Assembly (NCBI GenBank): GCA_964016885.1
Contig: OZ024751.1
Span: forward strand, 37,448,001 to 37,512,000
Origin: Eledone cirrhosa
Lineage: Eukaryota
Direction: 5' to 3'
Length of the DNA stretch: 64,000 nucleotides
Under the pieces are notes generated by a model that saw nothing but the letters and a program-made list of their open reading frames with translations, did not search any database and had not been told where the DNA came from. Of the stretch, positions 25,891 through 40,765 are shown in pieces. A program made the position numbers and the translations under genes. The stretch's first letter is position 1. Each line of letters opens with the position of its first letter.

Positions 25891-26688
25891 ATGTTTGTTG
25901 GACATGACTCGGTTGCCTTGATGAGTGTTCCAGCATAGTCGTTCAAAAGTACAACCTTACCTACACATTGTTGAAGGCGTCACAGGCAGGTTCAAACTCA
26001 ACGTAGTCCTCGGCGATATTTAACACTGCACATAACTTGACAAGGTTAACTATTTGAATTACATATAAAACTAATTTCTACCAGCTAAGTAGATTAGAGC
26101 AGTGTCCCTTGCTCAAGGATAAAACGTGCCACCAGGAATCGAATTTACGACATAATGATATAATGAGCAAAATACACTAAACAGTAAGCCACACGCTTTC
26201 AGTTCGATGAAAAGGTATATACACCTAAAATAGAAAAAAGGATCATAGCCTGCATTAATATATAGCATAGCAATAAGTTTGGAATTATTCAGCATTGATT
26301 TATGACATAAGTACAAAGCCCTATATTCGGGATAAGCATACAGTCGATTATATCGAACGGTAAAATTTCCGGAAGGATCAAAGGCTCTATCGACATCGCT
26401 TTGATCTAACTCAAAACAAGCACGCATAGAACTAAATACCACGAGGCATATTTCCTTGACTGCATCGATTCTGCCAGTATAGCGGCTTTACTATTACGCA
26501 GTATTATATGTTATTAAAAATGTTAACATCGTCAAATATATTGGTGGATTTGATTACATATCCGTAGATTTAGGTTCAAATCTCAACCAGTTTGACAAAT
26601 CTATTTTTCTGATGTAGTGTTTAGAATACTTGGTGTACAACTAACCATAGATAAAATACAGGGATATATCCTAAACTCTCAGACACAC

Positions 26689-26756
<68 letters not shown>

Positions 26757-26821
26757 AAATGAAGTAATTCCGTCGGAAAAGTCCAGGAAAAAAGAGTGCT
26801 CTATGTAGGTAACAGAGCTTA

Positions 26822-26981
26822 ATAGTTATGTAATAAACAACATAAGGCAATTATTTCATTTACCAGTGGTTTCTTAAAAGCAAAGAAATTTCATTCTGAT
26901 GATTGAAAGCAAAATTTTTTTGCTTTTAAGAAACCACTGGTAAATTAAATAATTGCCTTATGTTCTTTATTACATAACTAT
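26822..26981. mobile_element. Second family-B element: hairpin with ~63 bp arms containing a hammerhead
   Basis: 26822-26884 is the reverse complement of 26919-26981. The plus strand is nearly identical to 2825-2915 and ends in a TA run at the same TACATAACTA junction. Confidence 0.85.
26888..26950 (+). ncRNA. Minimal type I hammerhead ribozyme (family B)
   Basis: ATTTCATT CTGATGA TTGAAAGCAAAA-TTTTTTTGCTTTTAA GAAAC-CACTG-GTA^AATTAAAT. The inverted arm preserves the perfect stem I partner AATGAAAT. Confidence 0.85.
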
Positions 26982-27041
26982 ATATATATATAAACAAGAA
27001 GTGTAAGTCAACAGGGTAAAGTTAGCTTCCATTATTCATAT

Positions 27042-27104
27042 TCGCTGCTATATATATTTCAATGATAACCATTATACAACAGCTATGACCTCATCAGGGA
27101 GTAA
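27042..27104 (-). ncRNA. Hammerhead ribozyme (family D) with a degraded stem I 3' strand
   Basis: Minus strand: TTACTCC CTGATGA GGTCATAGCTGTTG-TA-TAATGGTTATCATT GAAAT-ATAT-ATA^GCAGCGA. A homologue lies at 62366-62425. Confidence 0.65.
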
Positions 27105-27191
27105 CCTGCGCACTTCATTGAGTACTCCAGCCTGCATACTGAGGTGTCGGTAACAACCAACACATACTGAAAATTATATATATATATATAT

Positions 27192-27378
27192 ACGTACATA
27201 CATATATGTATACCGACGTACAGTAGTATGTATATATATATATACATACATGCACACATATATATATATGCACGTATGGATTCACCGAATCCATACGTGC
27301 ATATATATATGTGTGCATGTATGTATATATATATATATACATACTACTGTACGTCGGTATACATATATGTATGTACGT
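27192..27378. repeat. Near-perfect hairpin with ~92 bp arms and a 3 nt loop (ACC)
   Basis: ...GCACGTATGGATTC-ACC-GAATCCATACGTGC...; ACCGACGTACAGTAGTATG pairs with CATACTACTGTACGTCGGT. Confidence 0.9.
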
Positions 27379-27552
27379 GTACATACTTATATTTAAGTAA
27401 CAGCCGTACTAAGAGTGGGAAATGAAATATCGTTTCATTTTTTCCGTTTATATATATATTCATATATATATATTCATATATTTATATATATATATATTCA
27501 TTATATATATACATATATTTATATATATATATATTCATTATATATATACATA

Positions 27553-27584
<32 letters not shown>

Positions 27585-27831
27585 CATTATATATATATAT
27601 ATATTCATATATATACATATATATATATATAGACACACATCTTGGGCATTTCTATGTCATCGTTTTCCTTTGATTTGCTTCCCAGTCATATTTCTTTTCT
27701 TTGTACGTGGGACTGTTTTCCAAAATTATTTTTGGGTATTTCCCTATTTTGGCTAAATTATCACGAACCCAGTCTCTCTCTCTGTCATAACACAATATAT
27801 ATATATATATATATATACAATATATATATAT

Positions 27832-27882
<51 letters not shown>

Positions 27883-28553
27883 AGACTTAGTTTCTGACAT
27901 TACAAAACCCCAAAAATATCAGCACAAAGAAGAGGTAAGATAAAAGTTATTTTTTTATGGGGTTAATTATCAGACAGACGGTATTTATGTTTAACGTTTC
28001 GGGTGGATGCTGCTCATCGGTACACTAGGAGGGATAATAGATTAAGAAAATATCATGAAAGAGAATTTGAAAGAAGAAATGTTAAAATGCATGTATTCCT
28101 ACATGGACGCCAAATATATTAATATGTCTGAATATCTTGAAACGAATTTATAATTCATCATACGAAATGCGACAATAAAATACACGGCGAAATATTCAAA
28201 TAAATCAGTTTACAGTGTTCTTTTTCAGCCATGTATTACAATTGCGTAAGAAGAATATATGTGTATATATATTTATGACATTGTTTAAATGAGTTGTAGA
28301 ACTATAAATTCTTACGCGGTCTACTATTTGATAAAGTAGGACACATGCAACTGCACGCAATCTATACATATTTATGGGCAGTCATGTACTTTAGATAAAA
28401 GCAATGACATTAAGTATTGTACACACGCATTATTATGTACACACATATATGACTATATATGTAAATATTTATGTACCTTATTCTCTATGTATATAAGCAT
28501 GTACGCATACACTCACTCTCTCTCATTTTATACATATATATAAATATATATAT

Positions 28554-28600
<47 letters not shown>

Positions 28601-28900
28601 CAACATTTTGAAATCCTTTGTCCATATTGAAATCATGAATGTGCATTTATCCATTGCGATATTTATTTAAATTGCATTTTGCTAATATCACACACACAAC
28701 AGCATGCATTAAGTTATTTGATTAGTTTTTAGCGAATACAGAGAGAGATAGAGAGAGAGAGAGAGTGTGTGTGTGAGTGTGAGTGTGAGTGTGAGTGTGT
28801 GTGTGTGTCTATGCATGGGAAGAAGCACACACATTTTATATACATAAATCTGTGTGTGTGTGTGTGCATGCGTGCGTGTGTGAGCGTGTGCGTGTGTGTA

Positions 28901-28932
<32 letters not shown>

Positions 28933-29059
28933 AGCGTGTGTGAACGTGTGTGAGCGTGTGAGCGTGTGTGCGTGTGTGAGTGTGCATGCGTGCGTGTGTG
29001 TATATGTGTGTGTGAGCGTGCGTGTGTGTGTGTGTGTGAGTTTGTGTGTGAGTGAGTGA

Positions 29060-29260
29060 TAGGGCGTGAGCATTGTCCTGATGAAAGAAGAACCCTTTCG
29101 GCAGATTTCCTGAGTGTTTAGCCTTGATAACCTTTCGTACATGCCTTAGTGAGGTGGTATAGTACTCTGGATTTATGATGTGGACCTTTTGAAGTCAATA
29201 AAAGATATGTCTTTGAGATAATTCTGGTCAGCCTATGAATATTTCAAGTGGCCATCGTAC
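29060..29260 (-). mobile_element. Mariner (Tc1/mariner) transposase fragment with an adjacent TIR-like sequence
   Basis: Minus-strand translation LQKVHIINPEYYTTSLRHVRKVIKAKHSGNLPKGFFFHQDNAHA contains the mariner HQDNA catalytic motif. GGTCAGCCTATGAA...CGTA at 29226-29260 resembles the end of the 52205 MITE. Confidence 0.8.
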
Positions 29261-30876
29261 TGTTGTACTGTTTTCTTGACTAAGGTTGACGCCATCCACA
29301 TATTACCTGCAGTTAATAAGAGTTTTTATACTATTGTTGAAAGTTGCATCAATGATACACATGTTTTGGTCTTTATAGTAACTTGTATATTTTAACAAAA
29401 CAAGCACTGATATCAATATATTCTTTGGTCAGTATCTGTAAATGGTGATCAGTTCTTCCAAATCATATGTCAACACATGCTAATGTTACATATGTCCAAG
29501 GCAATTAGTTTGGGTGTGTGTATGCCGAATGTTACATTTTCTCTTCTTATTAATAATTAATCCTTTATTTTCGATAGATTTCTGTGACAAACACTCCATT
29601 CTAGAACAATGTCCAACTTGATCACATTAGTATATACTTTCCCTGATCCACTTACGTTGTTAGTTAATGCTGTTTGATAGATCTTGTGACTAGGCTCCCT
29701 ATTTGGCTGAAGTTCAAGCAGCTAATAACCAATTGAGCTAGAAATCCACCAGCGGGAATATCACAGTACGCTTGATAAATAAATAATTATTTTGTTTGTT
29801 CAATAGGATTCCTAATTGAACAAACAATATCTTTAGGGGTTGATTACAACGTCCTTTCATCGAATCCCATTTGACTCAATTTGCTTTCAAGTCTGTCACT
29901 AATGCAAAGAACAGTATAAGCCAAAACACTTTCATCCACTGAGCTCCAAATCAGTACTGGTTTACGAAACGTGTGAACAGGAGTATTTATATAAATTATT
30001 ACCTAGTCTAATGCTCTAGTAACCCTTAAAACATGAACTATCTATAACCATATCACGTCATTGGCTTGGCAATCCAATGTTTTGAATGATCAAGTAATTG
30101 ATTCTAATTTAGGCACAAGGCCAGCTATTATAATGTAGAAGACTTATCAAATACGCTAATACACTATAGCTGTATATTGCTTGGAATTTTATTTCACAGT
30201 TGTAAACATCTGCTTTATTAAAGCAGACGTAGAACATATGGATGGGACTGTTTATCATATATCTTATCTATCTGGAACCTTCTTTAACTACTACAAATTT
30301 GTATGCTTAAATATTAAAGTCATGCATTAGTAATTGGTAGTTTGCATTTTCTGCTTTTTATTTTTTACAGTCAAATAAGTTCAGTTTTATATCTGACATT
30401 TTAACAGCTAAGTTATTGAAATGAAAATGTTTTGGAGGTGAATAATTTGGATATAAAATATTCATTGATCAAATTTAAAAATATCATCGTCTGGTCTTTT
30501 AATAAATTTAGTTTTTATTCTTCCACACAAGTAATCGATCCATCAATTATATCTTTTTTGTAATTTTTTTACTGTTAAGTCTTGATCGTCTTCGGTTTTT
30601 GATTCTTATTTTAGTTAATTTATTCAATGGAATTACTGCAGACTTTATATATTTATCAAGGGGGTATTCAAACATTATATTTTATTTTATTAAGTTTTAA
30701 TGTCAGGGTATCGGAAATATGATAGAAATATCAATAATTATATACTACATTTCGAAATGAATTCATAATAACAGTCAGTCAGAAAATTATCAAACATCAC
30801 ACCTGTTAAATTCTTTATATCTCTTTCGGAATAATCCATATTGTTTGATTTTTGTCAATAAATTTTTTCCTAATAA

Positions 30877-31082
30877 GGGCGGTGGATGGTGGAAATGGTA
30901 GAACATCTGGTAGAACATGTTTTGGCTCCTTACGTTCTGAGTTCATATCCCACCAAAGTCAACGTTATCTTTTTTTCTTCCGAGATTGATAAAATAAAGT
31001 AACAATCAAGCAGTAGGACTGATTTAATTTACTTCGATTTTTCATAAAGTTTGCTGGTCTTGTTCCTAAACTAGAAATCAAT
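30877..31082 (+). mobile_element. Old, diverged SINE copy
   Basis: GGGCGGTGGATGG head, GAGTTCATATCC B-box, GATAAAATAAAGTA, and a TTGCTGGTCTTGTTCCTAAACTAGAAA end. Confidence 0.7.
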
Positions 31083-32177
31083 ATTTTTCCAAATAATTAC
31101 GGGTTTAGATTCTAAATATTTATATGTTTAGACTTATAAGTTGAATCAAAGAAAATACAGTTTAATGTGATCAACATAGGCTGTTGACATTGCTGATCAA
31201 CATATGCTGTTGAAATTGCTGAAAGTATTCCAGTTGTTCTAACCATATTCTTACCTGTATTCAGTTTATAGATTCCTTTCTCTGCATCCTTGAGTGATGT
31301 ATGAGGTGACTGAAATGGTTGAATACTGTAAAGTCTCATGGAACCGAACGCAAAATTAGCTCCTCATCTAGCAGGGGAGTAGCCTCAAAACGTTTGGTTT
31401 ACCCTTGAAAATGGTACTATTGTCTCTATTCATGAATGTAAAACATCTAATAAATGTCGAAAAAGAATGTTCATTGCTATAACCATTCTCGTAACTACAC
31501 AGCAAACACTACATTCCTCTATGTATATGGTATGATTATATATGTAGGAGATATAAGTTTCTGAATGTGAATGAAAAATATACTATTTTTAAATTAAATA
31601 CAAACTTTGTATATTTCCAATAACTGAAACAAAAATATGTAGTAAATATGTACAATGAAATTAATTCAATATATGCTACATTAATTGTGTTCAAGATTGT
31701 CGATAAAAAGTACCTATAAATATTTTAAATTAATTTTTCATTTATCTTCGTAGCGATGGAAAATTAATTAAATGTAACGTATTTTCTAACGAAGCATAAA
31801 TCATTGGCAAAAAGGAATTATTACTTTTCAAATTTTTCAGTTTCGGAAGATTAGCGAAAATATAGAAATTCTTGTCATTTACATATATGAGATTTTACAA
31901 AATATGTACAGTCTTCGATATATTCCTGAATTGCATATTTTGCTAAATATGGTAGTTAGACATACGAGAATGATATTCAAATGATAAACCACCGATTTCA
32001 GTTGTTTAAATATAATATTAGTTAAAGAACTGCATTCAGAAATTTAAATTACGCATCTATATTTAGATTTTAAGAAAACATTAATTCAGTATGGAGCAGT
32101 GGAATGGTTAAATTGGCTAATGATTCAATAGTGGCGTTACATTGGCTTAAGTTTCATTACACATACACTCACATATT

Positions 32178-32361
32178 TGGATTGGCAGTATCAGTAGAGG
32201 GTCGGACTCCATTCTTTGACGCATAGAGTTACGGCTCTTGTCATTCTGAGTTCAAATCCCGCCGAGGTTAACTTTGACTTTCATCCTTATGGGGTCGATA
32301 AAATAAAGTACAAGTAATACACTAGGTTATTGCTGGCCTTGTGCCAAAAGTAGAAACAATT
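32178..32361 (+). mobile_element. Near full-length SINE
   Basis: Close match to the 11501 and 44871 copies; ends TAGAAACAATTATATA. Confidence 0.9.
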
Positions 32362-32465
32362 ATATATGTATATATATAATTATATATATATATATATATG
32401 CTGGGTCAGTCAACCCTTATTATATATATATATATATATTAAAGCTTTCTTTGTTAATGTATTAA

Positions 32466-32496
<31 letters not shown>

Positions 32497-32966
32497 CATA
32501 TACACACACACACATATATATATTATGAGTGGATTATGCTTTCAAATAAGCAGGTGGAATCCTGGATATATATCAACATATGTGGAAACTATATACAGCA
32601 CATAGGAGGTACGTAGTGTTATATATATAAAGGTGTGTGAATATAATGTTCATATAATATATATATATATATATATATACGCATACACATATGTGTGTGT
32701 GTATGATATATATTATCGGTTTAGTGTTGAATGCAATGTAAATTTATTGATCGTTGGTCCAGCGTTGTGTATTCGTTTCAAAAGAAATCAAAAATAGAAA
32801 ATGAATGGTTGAAGTACATAGAGATACATTCATTTATCTATGTATAGATGTATACGTATACACACATTCCCATACATGCATTTATATACATACCCATAAT
32901 ACACATTCATATATATTATATATATCTCATATATATCATATATATATTATATATATATATATATAT

Positions 32967-33000
<34 letters not shown>

Positions 33001-33237
33001 ATATATTATATATATATCATATATATATATATATTATACATATATATATATATTATACATATATTATACATATATATATATTATACATATATTATACATA
33101 TATATATATTATACATATATATCTGCTAATCTGCAATACATGTACAAACACCCATCTCACTTTATATAATATATATATATATATATATATACATATAAAT
33201 ACATATATATGTACAGACAAATACATATATATATACA

Positions 33238-33301
<64 letters not shown>

Positions 33302-33667
33302 CACTTCTCTAAATAAACTGCAACACGTAAAAAACAGCCATCTAACTTTCAATTGAATCCATCTAATATAGAGAGAATATTCATTTCAGAGTGAATAGAC
33401 ACAGGTTTAACAAGTGACGTCGGCAAAATAACAGAAATTGATTTTCATCTTGTTTACCGAAAGTCTAAGCTGCATCAATGGAAATTATGTCAAGTTTAAC
33501 ATATAACAAAGAAAAATGAAAGCGAATAATAACAAATAACTAATGCAAACTCATTTAGACGTGAATTATCCGATGGAATATTGCTGCAATTTCTCTCATT
33601 TTTTTTTTTTGCCATGCACTAATTCTTCTCATCACCGCCGTCCAGTACGTTATATTAATAAAATAAT

Positions 33668-33709
<42 letters not shown>

Positions 33710-33821
33710 CGGCGATTGTGCGTTTTATGTGTAATATAAATATATATATATATATATACACATATGAACTTAATTTTGTAAATAGAAACATTCATATATT
33801 TACAACAGAGCCAGTATAATA

Positions 33822-33899
<78 letters not shown>

Positions 33900-34029
33900 A
33901 TAGTAATACTCATATTACTACAATGGGCCAATATGTTTCTGCGTGTAATTGTCAGGGAATATATGTTTGCGTCTCTTTCACACACACACTATATATATAT
34001 ATACACATATATATGTATATATATATATG

Positions 34030-34074
<45 letters not shown>

Positions 34075-34111
34075 GTATATATATATGTATATATATATGT
34101 ATATATATATG

Positions 34112-34145
<34 letters not shown>

Positions 34146-34820
34146 AATAGAGGGAGAAAAGGGAAGAGATGGGGAGGGAGTGAGAAGAGAAGTAAAGAAT
34201 ACAATGGACATCAACAGAGGTGAACAATATAATACAATGATATTATATATTAGTTCAAAGTTTGATATAGTAGGAAATATGTCCTTTCGTTTTGGCTGCT
34301 TGTTGTTCATCGACAGAAAGTGGGAGATGGAAGAGAAATAGAGAATAGTGTCGAAAAGGAGAGAAAATGGCAGAAACGTTAAAACGCAGAAAACCCACAT
34401 GTAGTTTATCCAGCTTTATAATCGTATATATGCATATTTATATCTATATTGATATAATATTCTCCAATTATTAAATAAGCTAAATATTCCACCGACATTT
34501 ATGATTCTCTGCCATATACTTTACAAAACCTTAATCTCCAAACAAGAATGAGTTTATACATAACACAGATGTAAACATTAGCCTGCTGCAACTTAGTATC
34601 AATGATATATTCAATTTTATAACAAATTTGTTTACTACGCTAGCCGATATGTGGACGCTGGTGTGTATTGCCTATAGAACTTACTAATAAACTTTTTAAT
34701 ATCTTGATATTCTACCTAATATCTTTACTATCTTTCATACTATATATACACATATATATATACACATATATATACACATATATATACACATATATGTAGG
34801 AGGTGAGTTTTATTGTAGTA

Positions 34821-35660
34821 CATTAAAAATAGTGCAAGCATTAAAAGTGTTAAAAGTATTGGAGATGCACAGCGAAGGGATGTCAAGTATTTCATGTACT
34901 TCGACATTTTCATGGTCAGGGGAGTGTATTTTCGATTATATGCCCCTCACATGATCCACGACAATTCGATATTGAGCGTTTGACAATCCAGTTAGAGAAT
35001 CATAGTTTAATGAATCACTTTTAATGCTTGCACTATTTTTAATGCTTATAACATTTCTCCACACACAGACTATATCAATCATATAAAGAATTTGCCACCA
35101 GATCTACCAACCTAACACTCTTGTTTACCTACCTAAGTGCCTCTACCACACATATCTCTCTGCCACACTATATAAACAAGACGCACATGCTTGCCACACA
35201 TATAACATTTGCACTATATAACCGCTTATCTTCATGTTGTATTTTAACCTGTATTTTTGATTGTACCTCTTAATATGAATGTAATCACGAAGTGTTTACT
35301 GCCACTCTAAATTCTGTAATGAATGTTGACCCACAATATTTGCATATGTATCGGTATGTCTCTTGGCTGAAAAGGAGGTCATATAACTGTCCATGCATTA
35401 ATAAATTGCTCCGAAGAATCCAAACCTCGGTTTGGAGGAAACAGCTGTAAGCACAATAATGTTTTGAGCAGTTCTTTGATTCTTATATTTCATATAACTG
35501 CTCTGTAAATCATCTGATGTTTTTACATTGAGCTACTTAACTTACTGGTAATAAGGTAGTAATACATTACTGCCTACCACTATTTAGGGTGTGTATAAAA
35601 AATACTTATAACTGCATAAGGTTTTGTATTTACATAACCATAAATAGTATAACTAATACT
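34821..35660 (+). mobile_element. Family-E pLTR-like element preceded by a short inverted repeat, ending in (TA)n
   Basis: Perfect 29 bp inverted repeat at 34821-34849/35016-35044. About 35340-35660 is homologous to the minus strand of 61111-61420 and to 62130-62277. Confidence 0.7.
35407..35453 (+). ncRNA. Minimal hammerhead ribozyme, CCGAAGA core variant (family E)
   Basis: TGCT CCGAAGA ATCCAAACC-TC-GGTTTGGAG GAAAC-AGCT-GTA^AGCA, with the palindrome ACAGCTGT. Confidence 0.75.
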
Positions 35661-35712
35661 ATATATATATATATATACATATATACATATATATATATAT
35701 ACATATATATAC

Positions 35713-35759
<47 letters not shown>

Positions 35760-36411
35760 CATATATATATATACATACATACATATACATATATACATAC
35801 ATACATACATATATACATATATATATATATTTATTTATCAAAATGCTTCAGGTATAATTATGTGAGTTTGATGTCCCAGTTATGTGTTATAGCTATGTAG
35901 CAGTCATTATGAAATAAAGATTAATGAGTTAGCTAATCATAAAGAGATGCATCATATATATTGCAAATGTAATTTCTATTTATGGATTTAGATTAATCTT
36001 TATGCTAGGAACCTGCTACAAACGTGTGATTTGCTAATTTTACTGGGAATAGCTATTGTAGCCAATATCATATGAACAAATGTTTCTAAACTTACGTTGA
36101 CTATATCGAAGATTATTTGATTTCGTTTTCCATCACATCACATTACCTCTTGTGATCGAACAAACAAACTCTACTCATGACTGGAGCCACAACTGATGTC
36201 GTTTGAATGCGAATAAAGTTGATGTTTTGTCTCACACGATTAATACGACAACGGTGTAAAAACCAAACTCACTATCTTCCATTCAGTATTTGTGCCAACT
36301 CTTAGCTATCTTAGGTAACGATCGCGAATACAAGCTACCAAAAATGGTGTTCCTGGTAAGGATCTTTGGAGTAACTTTATACAATAGATTGGGTTGACCG
36401 GACAAAAGACA

Positions 36412-36712
36412 GTCACTCCAGGTAGAGCCGCTATTTCTCCGAATTGAGAGATAACAGCTACGATACTATGGGCATGTTGTTAGAATATGTCAGCAAAGAA
36501 TCTGGACATATTTTACGGGAAAAACCAACCGGCAGCAGACCCAGGGGTAAACCCCGAGCAAAATGATTGGATAAAATCCATGAGCTTGGCTGGTCTTGCT
36601 TGGGGATCCAGCTAGATCAGTTGTAGACAGATGCTTCTGACAGGACCCACTGGAAGGAGTGTCTAAGGGCCATCCCGACAAACCTCTCAGGAATAGGCGG
36701 GTGAAGAAGAAG
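36412..36712 (+). mobile_element. RTE-clade LINE 3' fragment (unexpanded homologue of 18748-19300)
   Basis: Translates SLQVEPLFLRIER*QLRYYGHVVR and ends in a GAAGAAGAAG tail. Confidence 0.85.
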
Positions 36713-38149
36713 GAGAATTAATTGGCAACTTAGTATAGATAACTACAATTCCATTTCAATAAACCGAAACGATCGGAGAAATGAAATGATTTTAATTCCA
36801 TCTAGCCTTTGATTCCACACTCGAATTGAATTATATAATAATTCTCATAGGAAACCCTAACACAACGGTCATGTGTGTGTATGTGTGCGCAAGTGTGCAA
36901 TACAAATAATATGTATGATAAGTTTTTATATATTCTAAACTAATTTAGAAATATGAATATTCGGAATACATATCTATTTCACTAATTGGCTATAACTATC
37001 AGATATATTTAAATTAATGAGACAAACGTTAGCAGCGGTTTGATAAAATATATAATTATATTATATATATATATATATAATCAACAACGTTATTAGAATA
37101 AATTTCATAATATCGATAATGGTAGGCTGTAATATATCAAAGCAAAAATAACGTAATTAATATTTTTATAGTTTATTATCTCACTTCTATTTTTCTCTTA
37201 TCGGAGTGGAGAAAATATCAGAGGTCCCCATAGATTATATTTACCTTATATTCTTACAATGTTCAATTTAAGCTCTTGGAATTTGTTGAGCGGTCTTGTA
37301 AATGAAATAAATTTAAGATAAACTAATAGGTCATATGCAATGATATATCGTCTGTTATCTGACTTTACTTGCAAAGAGGTCAATATTTTCAGTGAGCGTC
37401 CTTCAAAAATTCGCATGTAACATTTATGAAAATGTATTAAATATAAAAGAAATTTTGTAATATGAATTGAATATTTAATGTGTTTCTTGCTTATCAAATA
37501 CACTCGGTCATTGTGACATTGTGGATAGGTTAATGTTGCATCAATTGGCATGTAGATTCGTTTCCTATATTTGCATTGAACCAGCCTAAAGATCACTTGA
37601 ATACCAGGAAGCTACATGTGATTTCCATTCATGAATGTAAAAAGTATGAACAGCTTGTAGCAAGATAATTCTTTGTTTTTGTTTTAAATGGAAGATATTT
37701 AGAAAATTTTACGATAATATATTCCATTGATACTGCAAGGTTATATTACTGCATTTATAATATGTCGACATATATTACAACAGTAAATTTCCGATCCTAA
37801 TGGTTTGATCTAATGACTTTCAAACATAATGGACCTATCCATAAACACTTTTTTTAAATTCATAAATTTACTTGTAACAGCTAAGTGCATACTTCAGAAT
37901 ATCAGTAGGCGGTTTTTCCTGTTTGGAGGTGAATGCATGAAGTATTTCCGGTCCTCAATCACACATCTCAGAAGTAAACATCATATAAATATTCGTGAAC
38001 GTATAACACACCTAAAAATGAATCAACATAATATTAAAGCAACCAGGGTTTTTCCTTCATCGTAGAATATCATTCAAAGCTTCTTTTCTTCCTGAAACTA
38101 AAGTATATATTTTGTATGTGAATATCGTCTTCTAGGCACATGTTTTTCC

Positions 38150-38235
38150 CTTGGACGTTCGAGTCTGGACACTCCATTCAGGGTGACCCACCAGAAGTAA
38201 CTCTCTACAATTGATCCGACTGGATCCCCAAGTGA
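38150..38235 (-). mobile_element. Short RTE 3' remnant
   Basis: Minus strand CTTGGGGATCCAGTCGGATCAATTGTAGAGAG...GGAGTGTC matches 36599-36665. Confidence 0.6.
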
Positions 38236-39252
38236 AACAACGGAGCATCGGATTTTGTGTACAGTTAAGTTTTAGATAAAATTCAGTAGAAAAGAGGAGT
38301 AATTTCTTTAGAAGCAAATAGACATTTGGGATTAATTTGCATTATCGATATTTCTAAATTCGGCGTGGCGTGATTGGTAGCACCATTATCTCTTAATCAA
38401 TGTTCGATTCTACTCATTGGCGTTGAAGCTCCTTGTGATACAAAACCGATGTTAAGACATGAATATCATCTCGTCAATAACTCAATCCTTTATACTCTAT
38501 CACTGTCTATACAATTCAGTTTTGAGTAACTCTTTATCAGCGACTTGCATGATATGGATGTGTTTTCTACCCAAGAATTTTATTCACCTTGTCTTTTACA
38601 GTTCTTACTGCTGCATGTATAATTAGGTTCCTTTACCTTTCATTATATCTACTGGTGAAGGTCTTTTGTCCAAACAATTAAAGCACCTTCAGTATTATAT
38701 CAATGATAAGTTGGTATGAATCATAATTGTATAATATTGTATTGTATAGTTCTGTTTTAGCAGTATAGTACCAACAGTTCATATAACTGAGCCGTACGGT
38801 AAAGCAATAAATATGATTTTACCAGCGACAATATAACAGTCAAAGGACAAAACACTCAAAGTAATAACTCAACACTAAATCAACTAGGAAATTAGATATA
38901 AAAACGTAATTGATACAACTGAAATTATTTCTCATGATTCTTTAGTAATTCATATCCGAATAAGAGAGTGTGGTTTATATCGAGCAGAACAAGTATTCCG
39001 GAAGTTCAAGTTCGTGACATGATCCTTGTTGATAATTGGAGAATTCTTCTTTATTATGTGAATATATTTAACGAAAATGTAAATGGTGACTGACTTTCTG
39101 TTGCTAGCTAAGAAAATATAAATAAATGATAGATTAATTAAAGAGAAATTTATTCCATGTTCGACAACATTTCTTTTGCTTCTTGATAATGAAAAATCAA
39201 TATAGCAGCTCGAAGCTTTGTATATATATATATATACCTTATACATACATGC

Positions 39253-39311
<59 letters not shown>

Positions 39312-39322
39312 TGTATGTATAA

Positions 39323-39382
<60 letters not shown>

Positions 39383-39767
39383 TTATACATACATGCATAT
39401 ATATATATATATATATATACATATACAGATCAGAGCAAACATCACGGACGCTCTATCTCAAAATTATTTTGAAAAGCATTAGAAATACGCAACCGGTAAA
39501 AACCAAAACTGAATACTAACCAATGATATTACTAATTCTCACTTATTCCTAATTAAACTATTTTTCACTGAACAATTTGTCAGCATTTTCTATTCCGTTT
39601 ACCAATATATATATATATATATAATCATGTATGCATAAGGTTTATATATATATATATATATGCATGTATGTATAAGGTTTATCTATCTATATATATATAT
39701 ATGCATGTATGTATAAGGTTTATCTATATATATATATATATATATATGCATGTATGTATAAGGTTTA

Positions 39768-39839
<72 letters not shown>

Positions 39840-39903
39840 TGTATGTATAAGGTTTATATATATGTATATATATATATGCATGTATGTATGTATAAGGTTT
39901 ATA

Positions 39904-39970
<67 letters not shown>

Positions 39971-40126
39971 ATATATATATATATATATATAAAGGTGTAA
40001 AGCATTCTGAAACCTCAAAGTACAGGAGTAGATAAAATATGGTCACGTATATCAAAATAGGTATTCAATGTTCTCTTGGTATCGCTATATTAGATCCTCA
40101 TAAACGATGATATGTTAATTATATAA

Positions 40127-40161
<35 letters not shown>

Positions 40162-40765
40162 TTTCTGTAGTCAATACACGATTGCCTGGTGTAAAACGGC
40201 CTTGCGCCATCCTGCAGAACTTTTGTTGAATTCTGGCTGACAATATTTGTCGTATGAAATTATCTTATTCAACTATAATTTAGGCAATATGCGTTGTAAT
40301 AGACCTTTACAAACCGAAATACATTGTCTTTAACATCTATTTGACTGTTCGTCCCTTAAGCTTTTAATTGACGAAACACACATCCTTACGTACGTACGTA
40401 TGTATGTATGTATGCGCGCGTGTGTGCGTGCGCGCGTGCGTGCGTGTCAGTGTGTAATAGGTGAGTAATAGGTGGATATCTTTATATATCAAGGAACACT
40501 CATTAAACATTTCTAAATATTTAAAATGCATTTCGTGTTTATATAAGTTTTAAATGTTTTCTCAATATGATTAATTTGAACATCTGCATTTTTCTAACAT
40601 GTATGTATTACTCATAATACGAATCGGTGTGTAGCTATCATCATGCTGATGAAACGTTCAACATTTTAATTGAGTAATACTAAATCAAAATAATTTTTGC
40701 CAATAATGGCGTAAATAGCTGCGCTGTGTTTCGCAAGGTTTTTGATATGAAATCGTGTTGAAACA

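Noticed and set aside
29078-29100. CTGATGA motif as a hammerhead core
   Set aside because: It is the antisense of the mariner FHQD codons; there is no stem II-GAAA-NUH-stem I arrangement.
29792-29827. Small hairpin TTGTTTGTTCAAT/ATTGAACAAACAA
   Set aside because: Real but short and isolated, with no ribozyme or family link; likely a local fold-back repair event.
37246-37596. 116 aa non-repetitive minus-strand ORF
   Set aside because: GTG start, AT-biased random-like composition and no recognisable motif.
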